Shown here in pieces: positions 1 to 10,329 of a stretch of DNA of 64,000 bases. Made by a program: the position numbers and the translations under genes. Each line of letters starts with the position of its first letter. Within the stretch, counting starts at the first letter, position 1. The notes under the pieces are model-generated. The model had not been told where the DNA came from and did no database searches. It saw only the letters and a list, made by a program, of their open reading frames with translations. The stretch is from assembly GCA_964016885.1 (NCBI GenBank), contig OZ024744.1, forward strand, positions 130,696,001-130,760,000. The letters are read 5' to 3'. The DNA is from Eledone cirrhosa. Its lineage: Eukaryota.

Positions 1-379
1 GTTAAGTTAAGTTGGGGCTAAGTTAAGTTGGGGCTGAGTTAAGTTGGGGCTGAGTTAAGTTGGGGCTAAGTTAAGTTGGGGTTGAGTTAAGTTGGGGTTA
101 AGTTGGGGTTAAGTTAAGTTAGGTTTAAGTTAAGTTGGGGTTAAGTTAAGTTGGGGTTAAGTTAAGTTGGGGTTAAGTTAAGTTGGTGTTAAGTTAAGTT
201 GGGGTTAAGTTAAGTTGGGGTTAAGTTAATTTGTGGTTAAGTTAAGTTGTGGTTAAGTTAAGTTGGGGTTAAGTTAAGTTGGGGTTAAGTTAAGTCGGGG
301 TTAAGTTAAGTTGGGGTTAAGTTAAGTTGGGGTTAAGTTAAGTTGGGGTTAAGTTAAGTTGGGGTTAAGTTAAGTTGGG

Positions 380-2988
380 GTTAAGTTAAGTCGGGGTTAA
401 GTTAAGTTGGGGTTAAGTTAAGTTGGGGTTAAGTTAAGTTGGTTAGTTAAGTTGAGTTTAAGTTAAGTTGGGGTTAATTTAAGTTGGGGTTAAGTTAAGC
501 TGGGGTTAAGTTAAGTTGGGGTTAAGTTAAGTTGGGGTTAATTTAAGTTGGGGTTAAGTTAAGTTGCGGGTAATTTAAGTTGGGGTTAAGTTAAGTTGGG
601 GTTAAGTTAAGTTGGGGTTAAGTTAAGTTGGGGTTAAGTTAATTTGGGGTTAAGTTAAGTTGGGGCTAATTTAAGTTGGAGCTGAGTTAAGTTGGGGTTA
701 AGTTAAGCTGGGGTTAAGTTAAGTTGGGGTTAAGTTAAGTTGGGGTTAAGTTAAGTTGGGGTTTATTTAAGTTGGGGTTAAGTTAAGTTGGGGTTCAGTT
801 AAGTTGGGGTTCAGTTAAGTTGGGGTTAAGTTAAGTTGGGGTTAAGATGGGGTTAAATTACGTTGGAGTTAAGTTAAGTTGGGGTTAAGTTAAGTTGGGG
901 TTAAGTTAAGTTGGGGTTAAGTTAAGTCGGGGTTAATTTAAGTCGGGGTTAAGTTAAGTTAGGGTTCAGTTAAGTTGGGGTTAAGTTAAGTTGGGGTTGA
1001 GTTAAGTTGGGGTTGAGTTAAATTGGGGTTGAGTTAAGTTGGGGTTGAGTTAAGTTGGTGTTGAGTTAAGTTGGGGTTAAGTTAAATTGGGGTTAATTTA
1101 AGTTGGGGTTAAGTTAAGTTGGGGTTAAGTTAAGTTGGGGTTAAGTTAAGTTGGGGTTAATTTAAGTTGGGGTTAAGTTAAGGTGCGGGTAAGTTAAGTT
1201 GGGCTTAAGTTAAGTTGGGGCTAAGTTAAGTTGGGGCTCAGTTAAGTTGGGGCTAAGTTAAGTTGGGGTTAAGTTAAGTTGGGGTTAAGTTAAGTCGGGG
1301 TTAAGTTAAGTTGGGGTTAAGTTAAGTTGGGGTTAATTTAAGTTGGGGTTAAGTTAAGTTGGGGTTAAGTTAAGTTGGGGTTAAGTTAAGTTGGGTTTAA
1401 TTTAAGTTGGGGTTAAGTTAAGTTGGGGTTGAGTTAAGTTGGGGCTGAGTTAATTTGGGGTTAAGTTAAGTTGGGGTTAAGTTAAGTTGGGTTTAAGTTA
1501 AGTTGGGGTTAAATTAAGTTGGGGTTAAATTAAGTTGGGGTTAAGTTAAGTTGGGGGTAAGTTAAGTTGGGGGCAAGTTAAGTTGGGGTTAATTTAAGTT
1601 GGGGTTAAATTAAGTTGGGGTTACGTTAAGTTGGTGTTAAGTTAAGTTGGGGTTAATTTAAGTTGGGGTTAATTAAGTTGGGGTTAAGTTAAGTTGGGGT
1701 TAAGTTAAGTTGGGGTTAATTTAAGTTGGGGTTAAGTTAAGTCGGGGTTAAGTTAAGTTGGGGTTAAGTTAAGTTGGGGTTAAGTTAAGTTGGTTAGTTA
1801 AGTTGAGTTTAAGTTAAGTTGGGGTTAATTTAAGTTGGGGTTAAGTTAAGCTGGGGTTAAGTTAAGTTGGGGTTAAGTTAAGTTGGGGTTAATTTAAGTT
1901 GGGGTTAAGTTAAGTTGCGGGTAATTTAAGTTGGGGTTAAGTTAAGTTGGGGTTAAGTTAAGTTGGGGTTAAGTTAAGTTGGGGTTAAGTTAATTTGGGG
2001 TTAAGTTAAGGTGGGGCTAATTTAAGTTGGGGCTGAGTTAAGTTGGGGTTAAGTTAAGTTGGGGTTAAGTTAAGTTGGGGTTAAGTTAAGTTGGGGTTAA
2101 GTTAAGTTGGGGTTTATTTAAGTTGGGGTTAAGTTAAGTTGGGGTTCAGTTAAGTTGGGGTTCAGTTAAGTTGGGGTTAAGTTAAGTTGGGGTTAAGATG
2201 GGGTTAAATTACGTTGGAGTTAAGTTAAGTTGGGGTTAAGTTAAGTTGGGGTTAAGTTAAGTTGGGGTTAAGTTAAGTCGGGGTTAATTTAAGTCAGGGT
2301 TAAGTTAAGTTAGGGTTCAGTTAAGTTGGGGTTAAGTTAAGTTGGGGTTGAGTTAAGTTGGTGTTGAGTTAAGTTGGGGTTAAGTTAAATTGGGGTTAAG
2401 TTAAGTTGCAGTTAAGTTAAGTTGAGGTTAAGTTAAGGTGCGGGTAAGTTAAGTTGGGCTTAAGTTAAGTTGGGGCTAAGTTAAGTTGGGGCTCAGTTAA
2501 GTTGGGGCTAAGTTAAGTTGGGGTTAAGTTAAGTTGGGGTTAAGTTAAGTCGGGGTTAAGTTAAGTTGGGGTTAAGTTAAGTTGGGGTTAATTTAAGTTG
2601 GGGTTAAGTTAAGTTGGGGTTAAGTTAAGTTGGGGTTAAGTTAAGTTGGGTTTAAGTTAAGTTGGGGTTAAGTTAAGTTGGGGTTGAGTTAAGTTGGGGC
2701 TGAGTTAATTTGGGGTTAAGTTAAGTTGGGGTTAAGTTAAGTTGGGTTTAAGTTAAGTTGGGGTTAAATTAAGTTGGGGTTAAATTAAGTTGGGGTTAAG
2801 TTAAGTTGGGGGTAAGTTAAGTTGGGGGCAAGTTAAGTTGGGGTTAATTTAAGTTGGGGTTAAATTAAGTTGGGGTTACGTTAAGTTGGTGTTAAGTTAA
2901 GTTGGGGTTAATTTAAGTTGGGGTTAATTAAGTTGGGGTTAAGTTAAGTTGGGGTTAAGTTAAGTTGGGGTTAATTTAAGTTGGGGTT
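380..2988 (+). repeat. ~1.3 kb higher-order tandem duplication (copy 1 ~380-1735, copy 2 ~1736-2988)
   Basis: Rare variants recur in the same order: GGTTAGTTAAGTTGAG 441/1792, GCGGG 566/1917, AGATGGGGTTAAATTACG 845/2196 (offset 1351), then AGGTGCGGGT 1181/2436 and TTACG 1621/2876 (offset 1255). Boundaries are approximate. Confidence 0.8.
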
Positions 2989-4649
2989 GAGTTAAGTTGG
3001 GGTTAAGTTAAGTTGGGGTTATATTAAGTTGGGGTTAAGTTAAGTTGGGGTTCAGTTAAGTTGGGGTTAAGTTAAGTTGGGGTTAAGTTAAGTTGAGGTT
3101 ATGTTAAGTTGGGGTTAAGTTAAGTTGGTGTTAAGTTAAGTTGGGGCTAAGTTAAGTTGGGGTTGAGTTAAGTTGGGGTTAAGTTGGGGTTAAGTTAAGT
3201 TAGGTTTAAGTTAAGTTGGGGTTAAGTTAAGTTGGGGTTAAGTTAAGTTGTGGTTAAGTTAAGTTGGGGTTAAGTTAAGTTGGGGTTAAGTTAAGTCGGG
3301 GTTAAGTTAAGTTGGGGTTAATTTAAGTTGGGGTTAATTTAAGTTGGGGTTAAGTTAAGTTGGGGTTAAGTTAAGTTGGGGTTAAGTTAATTGGGGTTAA
3401 GTTGGGGTTAAGTTAAGTTGAGGTTAAGTTAAGTTGGGGTTAAATTAAGTTTGGGTTAAGTTAAGTTGGGGTTAAGTTAAGTTGGGGTTAAGTTAAGTTG
3501 GGGATAAGTTAAGTTGGGGATAATTTAAGTTGGGGTTAAGTTAAGTTGGGTTTAAGTTAAGTTGGGGTTAAGTTAAGTTGGGGTTAAGTTAAGTTGGGGT
3601 TAAGTTAAGTTGGGGTTAAGTTAAGTTGGGGCTAAGTTAAGTTGGGGCTGAGTTAAGTTGGAGTTAAGTTAAGTTGGGGTTAAGTTAAGTTGGGGTTAAG
3701 TTAAGTTGGGGTTAATTTAAGTTGGGGTTAAGTTAAGTTGCGGGTAATTTAAGTTGGGGTTAAGTTAAGTTGGGGTTAAGTTAAGTTGGGGTTAAGTTAA
3801 GTTGGGGCTAATTTAAGTTGGGGGTGAGTTAAGTTGGGGTTAATTTAAGTTGGGGTTAAGTTAAGTTGGGGTTAAGTTAAGTTGGGGTTAAGTTAAGTTG
3901 GGGTTTATTTAAGTTGGGGTTAAGTTAAGTTGGGGTTCAGTTAAGTTGGGGTTCAGTTAAGTTGGGGTTAAGTTAAGTTGGGGTTAAGATGGGGTTAAAT
4001 TACGTTGGAGTTAAGTTAAGTTGGGGTTAAGTTAAGTTGGGGTTAAGTTAAGTTGGGGTTAAGTTAAGTCGGGGTTAATTTAAGTCGGGGTTAAGTTAAG
4101 GTAGGGTTCAGTTAAGTTGGGGTTAAGTTAAGTTGGGGTTGAGTTAAGATGGGGTTCAGTTAAATTGGGGTTGAGTTAAGTTGGGGTTGAGTTAAGTTGG
4201 TGTTGAGTTGAGTTGGGGTTAAGTTAAGTTGGGGTTAAGTTAAGTTGGGGTTAATTTAAGTTGCAGTTAAGTTAAGTTGAGGTTAAGTTAAGGTGCGGTT
4301 AAGTTAAGTTGGGGTTAAGTTAAGTTGGGGCTAAGTTAAGTTGGGGCTAAGTTAAGTTGGGGCTAAGTTAAGTTGGGGTTAAGTTAAGTTGGGGTTAAGT
4401 TAAGTCGGGGTTAAGTTAAGTTGGGGTTAAGTTAAGTTGGGGTTAATTTAAGTTGGGGTTAAGTTAAGTTGGGGTTAAGTTAAGTTGGGTTTAAGTTAAG
4501 TTGGGGTTAACTTAAGTTGGGGTTAAGTTAAGTTGGGGTTAAGTTAAGTTGGTTAGTTAAGTTGAGTTTAAGTTAAGTTGGGGTTAATTTAAGTTGGGGT
4601 TAAGTTAAGTTGGGGTTAAGTTAAGTTGGGGTTAAGTTAAGTTGGGGTT

Positions 4650-4824
4650 AACCCCAACTTAACTTAACCCCAACTTCACTCAACCCCAACGTAACTCAAC
4701 CCCAACTTAACTTAACCCCAACTTCACTCAACCCCAACTTAACTTAACCCCAACTTCACTCAACCCCAACTTCCAACTTGACTTAACCCCAACTTAACTT
4801 AGCCCCAACTTAACTTAAGCCCAA
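4650..4824 (-). repeat. Inverted satellite block 1, haplotype A (175 bp)
   Basis: C-rich (AACCCCAACTTAACTT)n; left junction GGGGTT|AACCCC; internal AACTTCCAACTTGAC; right junction AAGCCCAA|AGTCGGGG. Confidence 0.97.
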
Positions 4825-6370
4825 AGTCGGGGTTAAGTTAAGTTGGCGTTAAGTTAAGTTGGCGTTAAGTTAAGTTAGGCTTAACTTAAGTTGGGGTTCA
4901 GTTAAGTTGGGGGTAAGTTAAGTTGGGGGTAAGTTAAGTTGGGGGTAAGTTAAGTTGGGGTTAAGTTAAGTTGCGGTTAAGTTGGGGTTAAGTTAAGTTA
5001 GGGTTAAGTTAAGTTGGGGTTGAGTTAAGTTGGGGTTAATTAAGTGGTGGTTATGTTAAGTTGGGGTTAAGTTAAGTTGGGGTTAATTTAAATTGGGGTT
5101 AAGTTAACTTTGTGGTTAAGTTAAGTTGGGGTTAAATTAAGTTGTGGTTACGTTAAGTTGGTGTTAAGTTAAGTTGTGGTTAATTTAAGTTGGGGCTAAT
5201 TAAGTTGGGGTTAAGTTAAGTTGGGGTTAAGTTAAGTTGGGGTTAATTTAAGTTGGGATTGAGTTAAGTTGGGGTTAAGTTAAGTTGGGGTTATATTAAG
5301 TTGGGGTTAAGTTAAGTTGGGGTTCAGTTAAGTTGGGGTTAAGTTAAGTTGGGGTTAAGTTAAGTTGGGGCTAAGTTAAGTTGGGGCTGAGTTAAGTTGG
5401 GGCTGAGTTAAGTTGGGGCTAAGTTAAGTTGGGGTTGAGTTAAGTTGGGGTTAAGTTGGGGTTAAGTTAAGTTAGGTTTAAGTTAAGTTGGGGTTAAGTT
5501 AAGTTGGGGTTAAGTTAAGTTGGGGTTAAGTCAAGTTGGGGTTAAGTTAAGTTGGGGTTAAGTTAATTTGTGGTTAAGTTAAGTTGTGGTTAAGTTAAGT
5601 TGGGGTTAAGTTAAGTTGGGCTTAAGTTAAGTCGGGGTTAAGTTAAGTTGGGGTTGAGTTAAGTTGGGGTTGAGTTAAGTTGGGGTTAAGATAAGTCGGG
5701 GTTAAGTTAAGTTGTGGTTGAGTTAAGTTGGGGTTAATTTAAGTTGGGGTTAAGTTAATTTGTGGTTAAGTTAAGTTAGGGTTAAGTTAAGTTGGGGTTA
5801 AGTTAAGTTGGGGTTGAGTTAAGTTGGGGTTGAGTTAATTTGGGGTTAAATTAAGTTGGGGTTAAATTAAGTTGGGGTTAAGTTAAGTTGGGGTTAATTT
5901 AAGTTGGGGTTGAGTTAAGTTGGGGTTAAGTTAAGTTGGGGTTATATTAAGTTGGGGTTAAGTTAAGTTGGTGTTCAGTTAAGTTGGGGTTAAGTTAAGT
6001 TGGGGTTAAGTTAAGTTGGGGCTAAGTTAAGTTGGGGCTGAGTTAAGTTGGGGCTGAGTTAAGTTGGGGCTAAGTTAAGTTCGGGTTGAGTTAAGTTGGG
6101 GTTAAGTTGGGGTTAAGTTAAGTTAGGTTTAAGTTAAGTTGGGGTTAAGTTAAGTTGGGGTTAAGTTAGGTTGGGGTTAAGTCAAGTTGGGGTTAAGTTA
6201 AGTTGGGGTTAAGTTAATTTGTGGTTAAGTTAAGTTGTGGTTAAGTTAAGTTGGGGTTAAGTTAAGTTGGGGTTAAGTTAAGTTGGGGTTAAGTTAAGTT
6301 GGGGTTAAGTTAAGTTGGGGCTAAGTTAAGTTGGGGCTGAGTTAAGTTGGGGTTAAGTTAAGTTGGGTTT

Positions 6371-6522
6371 AACCCCAACTTAACTTAACCCCAACTTCAC
6401 TCAACCCCAACTTAACTTAACCCCAACTTCACTCAACACCAACTTAAGTCAACCCCAACTTAACTTAACTCCAACTTGACTTAACCCCAACTTAAATTAG
6501 CCCCAACTTAACTTAAGCCCAA
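6371..6522 (-). repeat. Inverted satellite block 2, short haplotype B (152 bp)
   Basis: GGGTTT|AACCCC junction and AACACCAACTTAAGTC marker; lacks 3 monomers including the AACGTAACTC unit. Confidence 0.96.
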
Positions 6523-9500
6523 AGTCGGGGTTAAGTTAAGTTGGCGTTATGTTAAGTCAGGCTTAACTTAAGTTGGGGTTCAGTTAAGTTGGGGGTAAGT
6601 TAAGTTGCGGGTAAGTTAAGTTGGGGTTAAGTTAAGTTGCGGTTAAGTTGGGGTTAAGTTAAGTTAGGGTTAAGTTAAGTTGGGGTTGAGTTAAGTTGGG
6701 GTTAATTAAGTGGTGGTTATGTTAAGTTGGGGTTAATTTAAATTGGGGTTAAGTTAACTTTGTGGTTAAGTTAAGTTGGGGTTAAGTTAAGTTGGGGTTA
6801 AGTTGGGGTTGAGTTAAGTTGGGGTTGAGTGAAGTTGGGGTTAAGTTAAGTTGGGGTAAAGTTAAGTTGGGGTTAAGTTAAGTCGGGGTTAAGTTAAGTT
6901 GTGGTTGAGTTAAGTTGGGGTTAATTTAAGTTGGGGCTAAGTTAATTTGTGGTTAAGTTAAGTTGGGGTTAAGTTAAGTTGGGGTTAAGTTAAGTTGGGG
7001 TTGAGTTAAGTTGGGGTTGAGTTAAGTTGGGGTTAAGTTAAGTTGGGGTCAAGTTAAGTTGGGGTTAAGTTGGGGTTAAGTTAAGTTAGGTTTAAGTTAA
7101 GTTGGGGTTAAGTTAAGTTGGGGTTAAGTTAAGTTGGGGTTAAGTTAAGTTGGGGTTAAGTTAATTTGTGGTTAAGTTAAGTTGGGGTTAAGTTAAGTTG
7201 GGGTTAAGTTAAGTCGGGGTTAAGTTGGGGTTAAGTTAAGTTGGGGTTAATTTAAGTTGGGGTTAAGTTAAGTTGGGGTTAAATTAAGTTGGGGTTAAGT
7301 TAAGTTGGGGTTAAGTTAAGTTGGTGTTAAGTTAAGTTGGGGCTAAGTTAAGTTGGGGCTGAGTTAAGTTGGGGCTGAGTTAAGTTGGGGCTAAGTTAAG
7401 TTGGGGTTGAGTTAAGTTGGGGTTAAGTTGGGGTTAAGTTAAGTTAGGTTTAAGTTAAGTTGGGGTTAAGTTAAGTTGGGGTTAAGTTAAGTTGGGGTTA
7501 AGTTAAGTTGGGGTTAAGTTAAGTTGGGGTTAAGTTAATTTGTGGTTAAGTTAAGTTGTGGTTAAGTTAAGTTGGGGTTAAGTTAAGTTGGGGTTAAGTT
7601 AAGTCGGGGTTAAATTAAGTTGGGGTTAAGTTAAGTTGGGGTTAATTTAAGTTGGGGTTAAGTTATGTTGGGGTTAAGTTAATTGGGGTTAAGTTAAGTT
7701 GGGGTTAAGTTAAGTTGAGGTTAAGTTAAGTTGGGGTTAAATTAAGTTGGGGTTAAGTTAAGTTGGGGTTAAGTTAAGTTGGGTTAAGTTAAGTTGGGGA
7801 TAAGTTAAGTTGGGGATAATTTAAGTTGGGGTTAAGTTAAGTTGGGTTTAAGTTAAGTTGGGGTTAAGTTAAGTTGGGGCTAAGTTAAGTTGGGGCTAAG
7901 TTAAGTTGGGGTTAAGTTAAGTTGGGGTTAAGTTAAGTCGGGGTTAAGTTAAGTTGGAGTTAAGTTAAGTTGGGGTTAATTTAAGTTGGGGTTGAGTTAA
8001 GTTGGTGTTGAGTTAAGTTGGGGTTAAGTTAAGTTGGGGTTAAATTAAGTTGCAGTTAAGTTAAGTTGAGGTTAAGTTAAGGTGCGGTTAAGTTAAGTTG
8101 GGGTTAAGTTAAGTTGGGGCTAAGTTAAGTTGGGGCTAAGTTACGTTGGGGTTAAGTTAAGTTGGGGTTAAGTTAAGTTGGGTTTAAGTTAAGTTGGGGT
8201 TAAGTTAAGTTGGGGTTGAGTTAAGTTGGGGCTGAGTTAATTTGGGGTTAAGTTAAGTTGGGGTTAAGTTAAGTTGGGTTTAAGTTAAGTTGGGGTTAAA
8301 TTAAGTTGGGGTTAAATTAAGTTGGGGTTAAGTTAAGTTGGGGGTAAGTTAAGGTGGGGGCAAGTTAAGTTGGGGTTAATTTAAGTTGGGGTTAAATTAA
8401 GTTGGGGTTACGTTAAGTTGGTGTTAAGTTAAGTTGGGGTTAATTTAAGTTGGGGTTAATTAAGTTGGGGTTAAGTTAAGTTGGGGTTAAGTTAAGTTGG
8501 GGTTAATTTAAGTTGGGGTTGAGTTAAGTTGGGGTTAAGTTAAGTTGGGGTTATATTAAGTTGGGGTTAAGTTAAGTTGGGGTTCAGTTAAGTTGGGGTT
8601 AAGTTAAGTTGGGGTTAAGTTAAGTTGAGTTTAAGTTAAGTTGGGGTTAAGTTAAGTTGGTGTTAAGTTAAGTTGGGGCTAAGTTAAGTTAGGGTTGAGT
8701 TAAGTTGGGGTTAAGTTGGGGTTAAGTTAAGTTAGGTTTAAGTTAAGTTGGGGTTAAGTTAAGTTGGGGTTAAGTTAAGTTGTGGTTAAGTTAAGTCGGG
8801 GTTAAGTTAAGTTGGGGTTAATTTAAGTTGGGGTTAATTTAAGTTGGGGTTAAGTTAAGTTGGGGTTAAGTTAAGTTGGGGTTAAGTTAATTGGGGTTAA
8901 GTTAAGTTGGGGTTAAGTTAAGTTGAGGTTAAGTTAAGTTGGGGTTAAATTAAGTTTGGGTTAAGTTAAGTTGGGGTTAAGTTAAGTTGGGGTTAAGTTA
9001 AGTTGGGGATAAGTTAAGTTGGGGATAATTTAAGTTGGGGTTAAGTTAAGTTGGGTTTAAGTTAAGTTGGGGTTAAGTTAAGTTGGGGTTAAGTTAAGTT
9101 GGGGTTAAGTTAAGTTGGGGTTAAGTTAAGTTGGGGCTAAGTTAAGTTGGGGCTGAGTTAAGTTGGAGTTAAGTTAAGTTGGGGTTAAGTTAAGTTGGGG
9201 TTAAGTTAAGTTGGGGTTAATTTAAGTTGGGGTTAAGTTAAGTTGCGGGTAATTTAAGTTGGGGTTAAGTTAAGTTGGGGTTAAGTTAAGTTGGGGTTAA
9301 GTTAAGTTGGGGTTAAGTTAAGTTGGGGCTAATTTAAGTTGGGGCTGAGTTAAGTTGGGGTTAAGTTAAGTTGGGGTTAAGTTAAGTTGGGATTAAGTTA
9401 AGTTGGGGTTAAGTTAAGTTGGGGTTTATTTAAGTTGGGGTTAAGTTAAGTTGGGGTTCAGTTAAGTTGGGGTTCAGTTAAGTTGGGGTTAAGTTAAGTT

Positions 9501-10154
9501 GGGGTTAAGATGGGGTTAAATTACGTTGGAGTTAAGTTAAGTTGGGGTTAAGTTAAGTTGGGGTTAAGTTAAGTTGGGGTTAAGTTAAATCGGGGTTAAT
9601 TTAAGTCGGGGTTAAGTTAAGTTAGGGTTCAGTTAAGTTGGGGTTAAGTTAAGTTGGGGTTGAGTTAAGATGGGGTTCAGTTAAATTGGGGTTGAGTTAA
9701 GTTGGGGTTGAGTTAAGTTGGTGTTGAGTTAAGTTGGGGTTAAGTTAAATTGGGGTTAAGTTAAGTTGCAGTTAAGTTAAGTTGAGGTTAAGTTAAGGTG
9801 CGGTTAAGTTAAGTTGGGGTTAAGTTAAGTTGGGGCTAAGTTAAGTTGGGGCTAAGTTAAGTTGGGGCTAAGTTAAGTTGGGGTTAAGTTAAGTTGGGGT
9901 TAAGTTAAGTCGGGGTTAAGTTAAGTTGGGGTTAAGTTAAGTTGGGGTTAATTTAAGTTGGGGTTAAGTTAAGTTGGGGTTAAGTTAAGTTGGGTTTAAG
10001 TTAAGTTGGGGTTAAGTTAAGTTGGGGTTAAGTTAAGTTGGGGTTAAGTTAAGTTCGTTTGTTAAGTTGAGTTTAAGTTAAGTTGGGGTTAATTTAAGTT
10101 GGGGTTAAGTTAAGTTGGGGTTAAGTTAAGTTGGGGTTAAGTTAAGTTGGGGTT

Positions 10155-10329
10155 AACCCCAACTTAACTTAACCCCAACTTCACTCAACCCCAACGTAAC
10201 TCAACCCCAACTTAACTTAACCCCAACTTCACTCAACCCCAACTTAACTTAACCCCAACTTCACTCAACCCCAACTTCCAACTTGACTTAACCCCAACTT
10301 AACTTAGCCCCAACTTAACTTAAGCCCAA
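10155..10329 (-). repeat. Inverted satellite block 3, haplotype A
   Basis: Same sequence and junctions as block 1. Confidence 0.97.

Noticed and set aside
4647-4652. GTTAAC (HpaI) as a unique marker of A junctions
   Set aside because: GTTAAC also arises from point variants (e.g. AAGTTAACTTTGTGG ~5101 and GGTTAACTT ~4505), so it is not diagnostic.
4623-4676. Rho-independent terminator or structured ncRNA at the hairpin
   Set aside because: There is no upstream gene, loop or U-tract. The symmetry is fully explained by the repeat inversion.
4650-4824. Inverted block as a piggyBac-like or MITE insertion at TTAA
   Set aside because: The block is only reverse-complement satellite. It has no terminal inverted repeats of its own and no TTAA duplication at the right end, and it is co-inherited with its flanking variants rather than inserted at independent sites.
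4650-4824. Block length (175-200 bp) matching a nucleosome repeat length
   Set aside because: All copies descend from one event, so the length is a single observation and may be coincidence.
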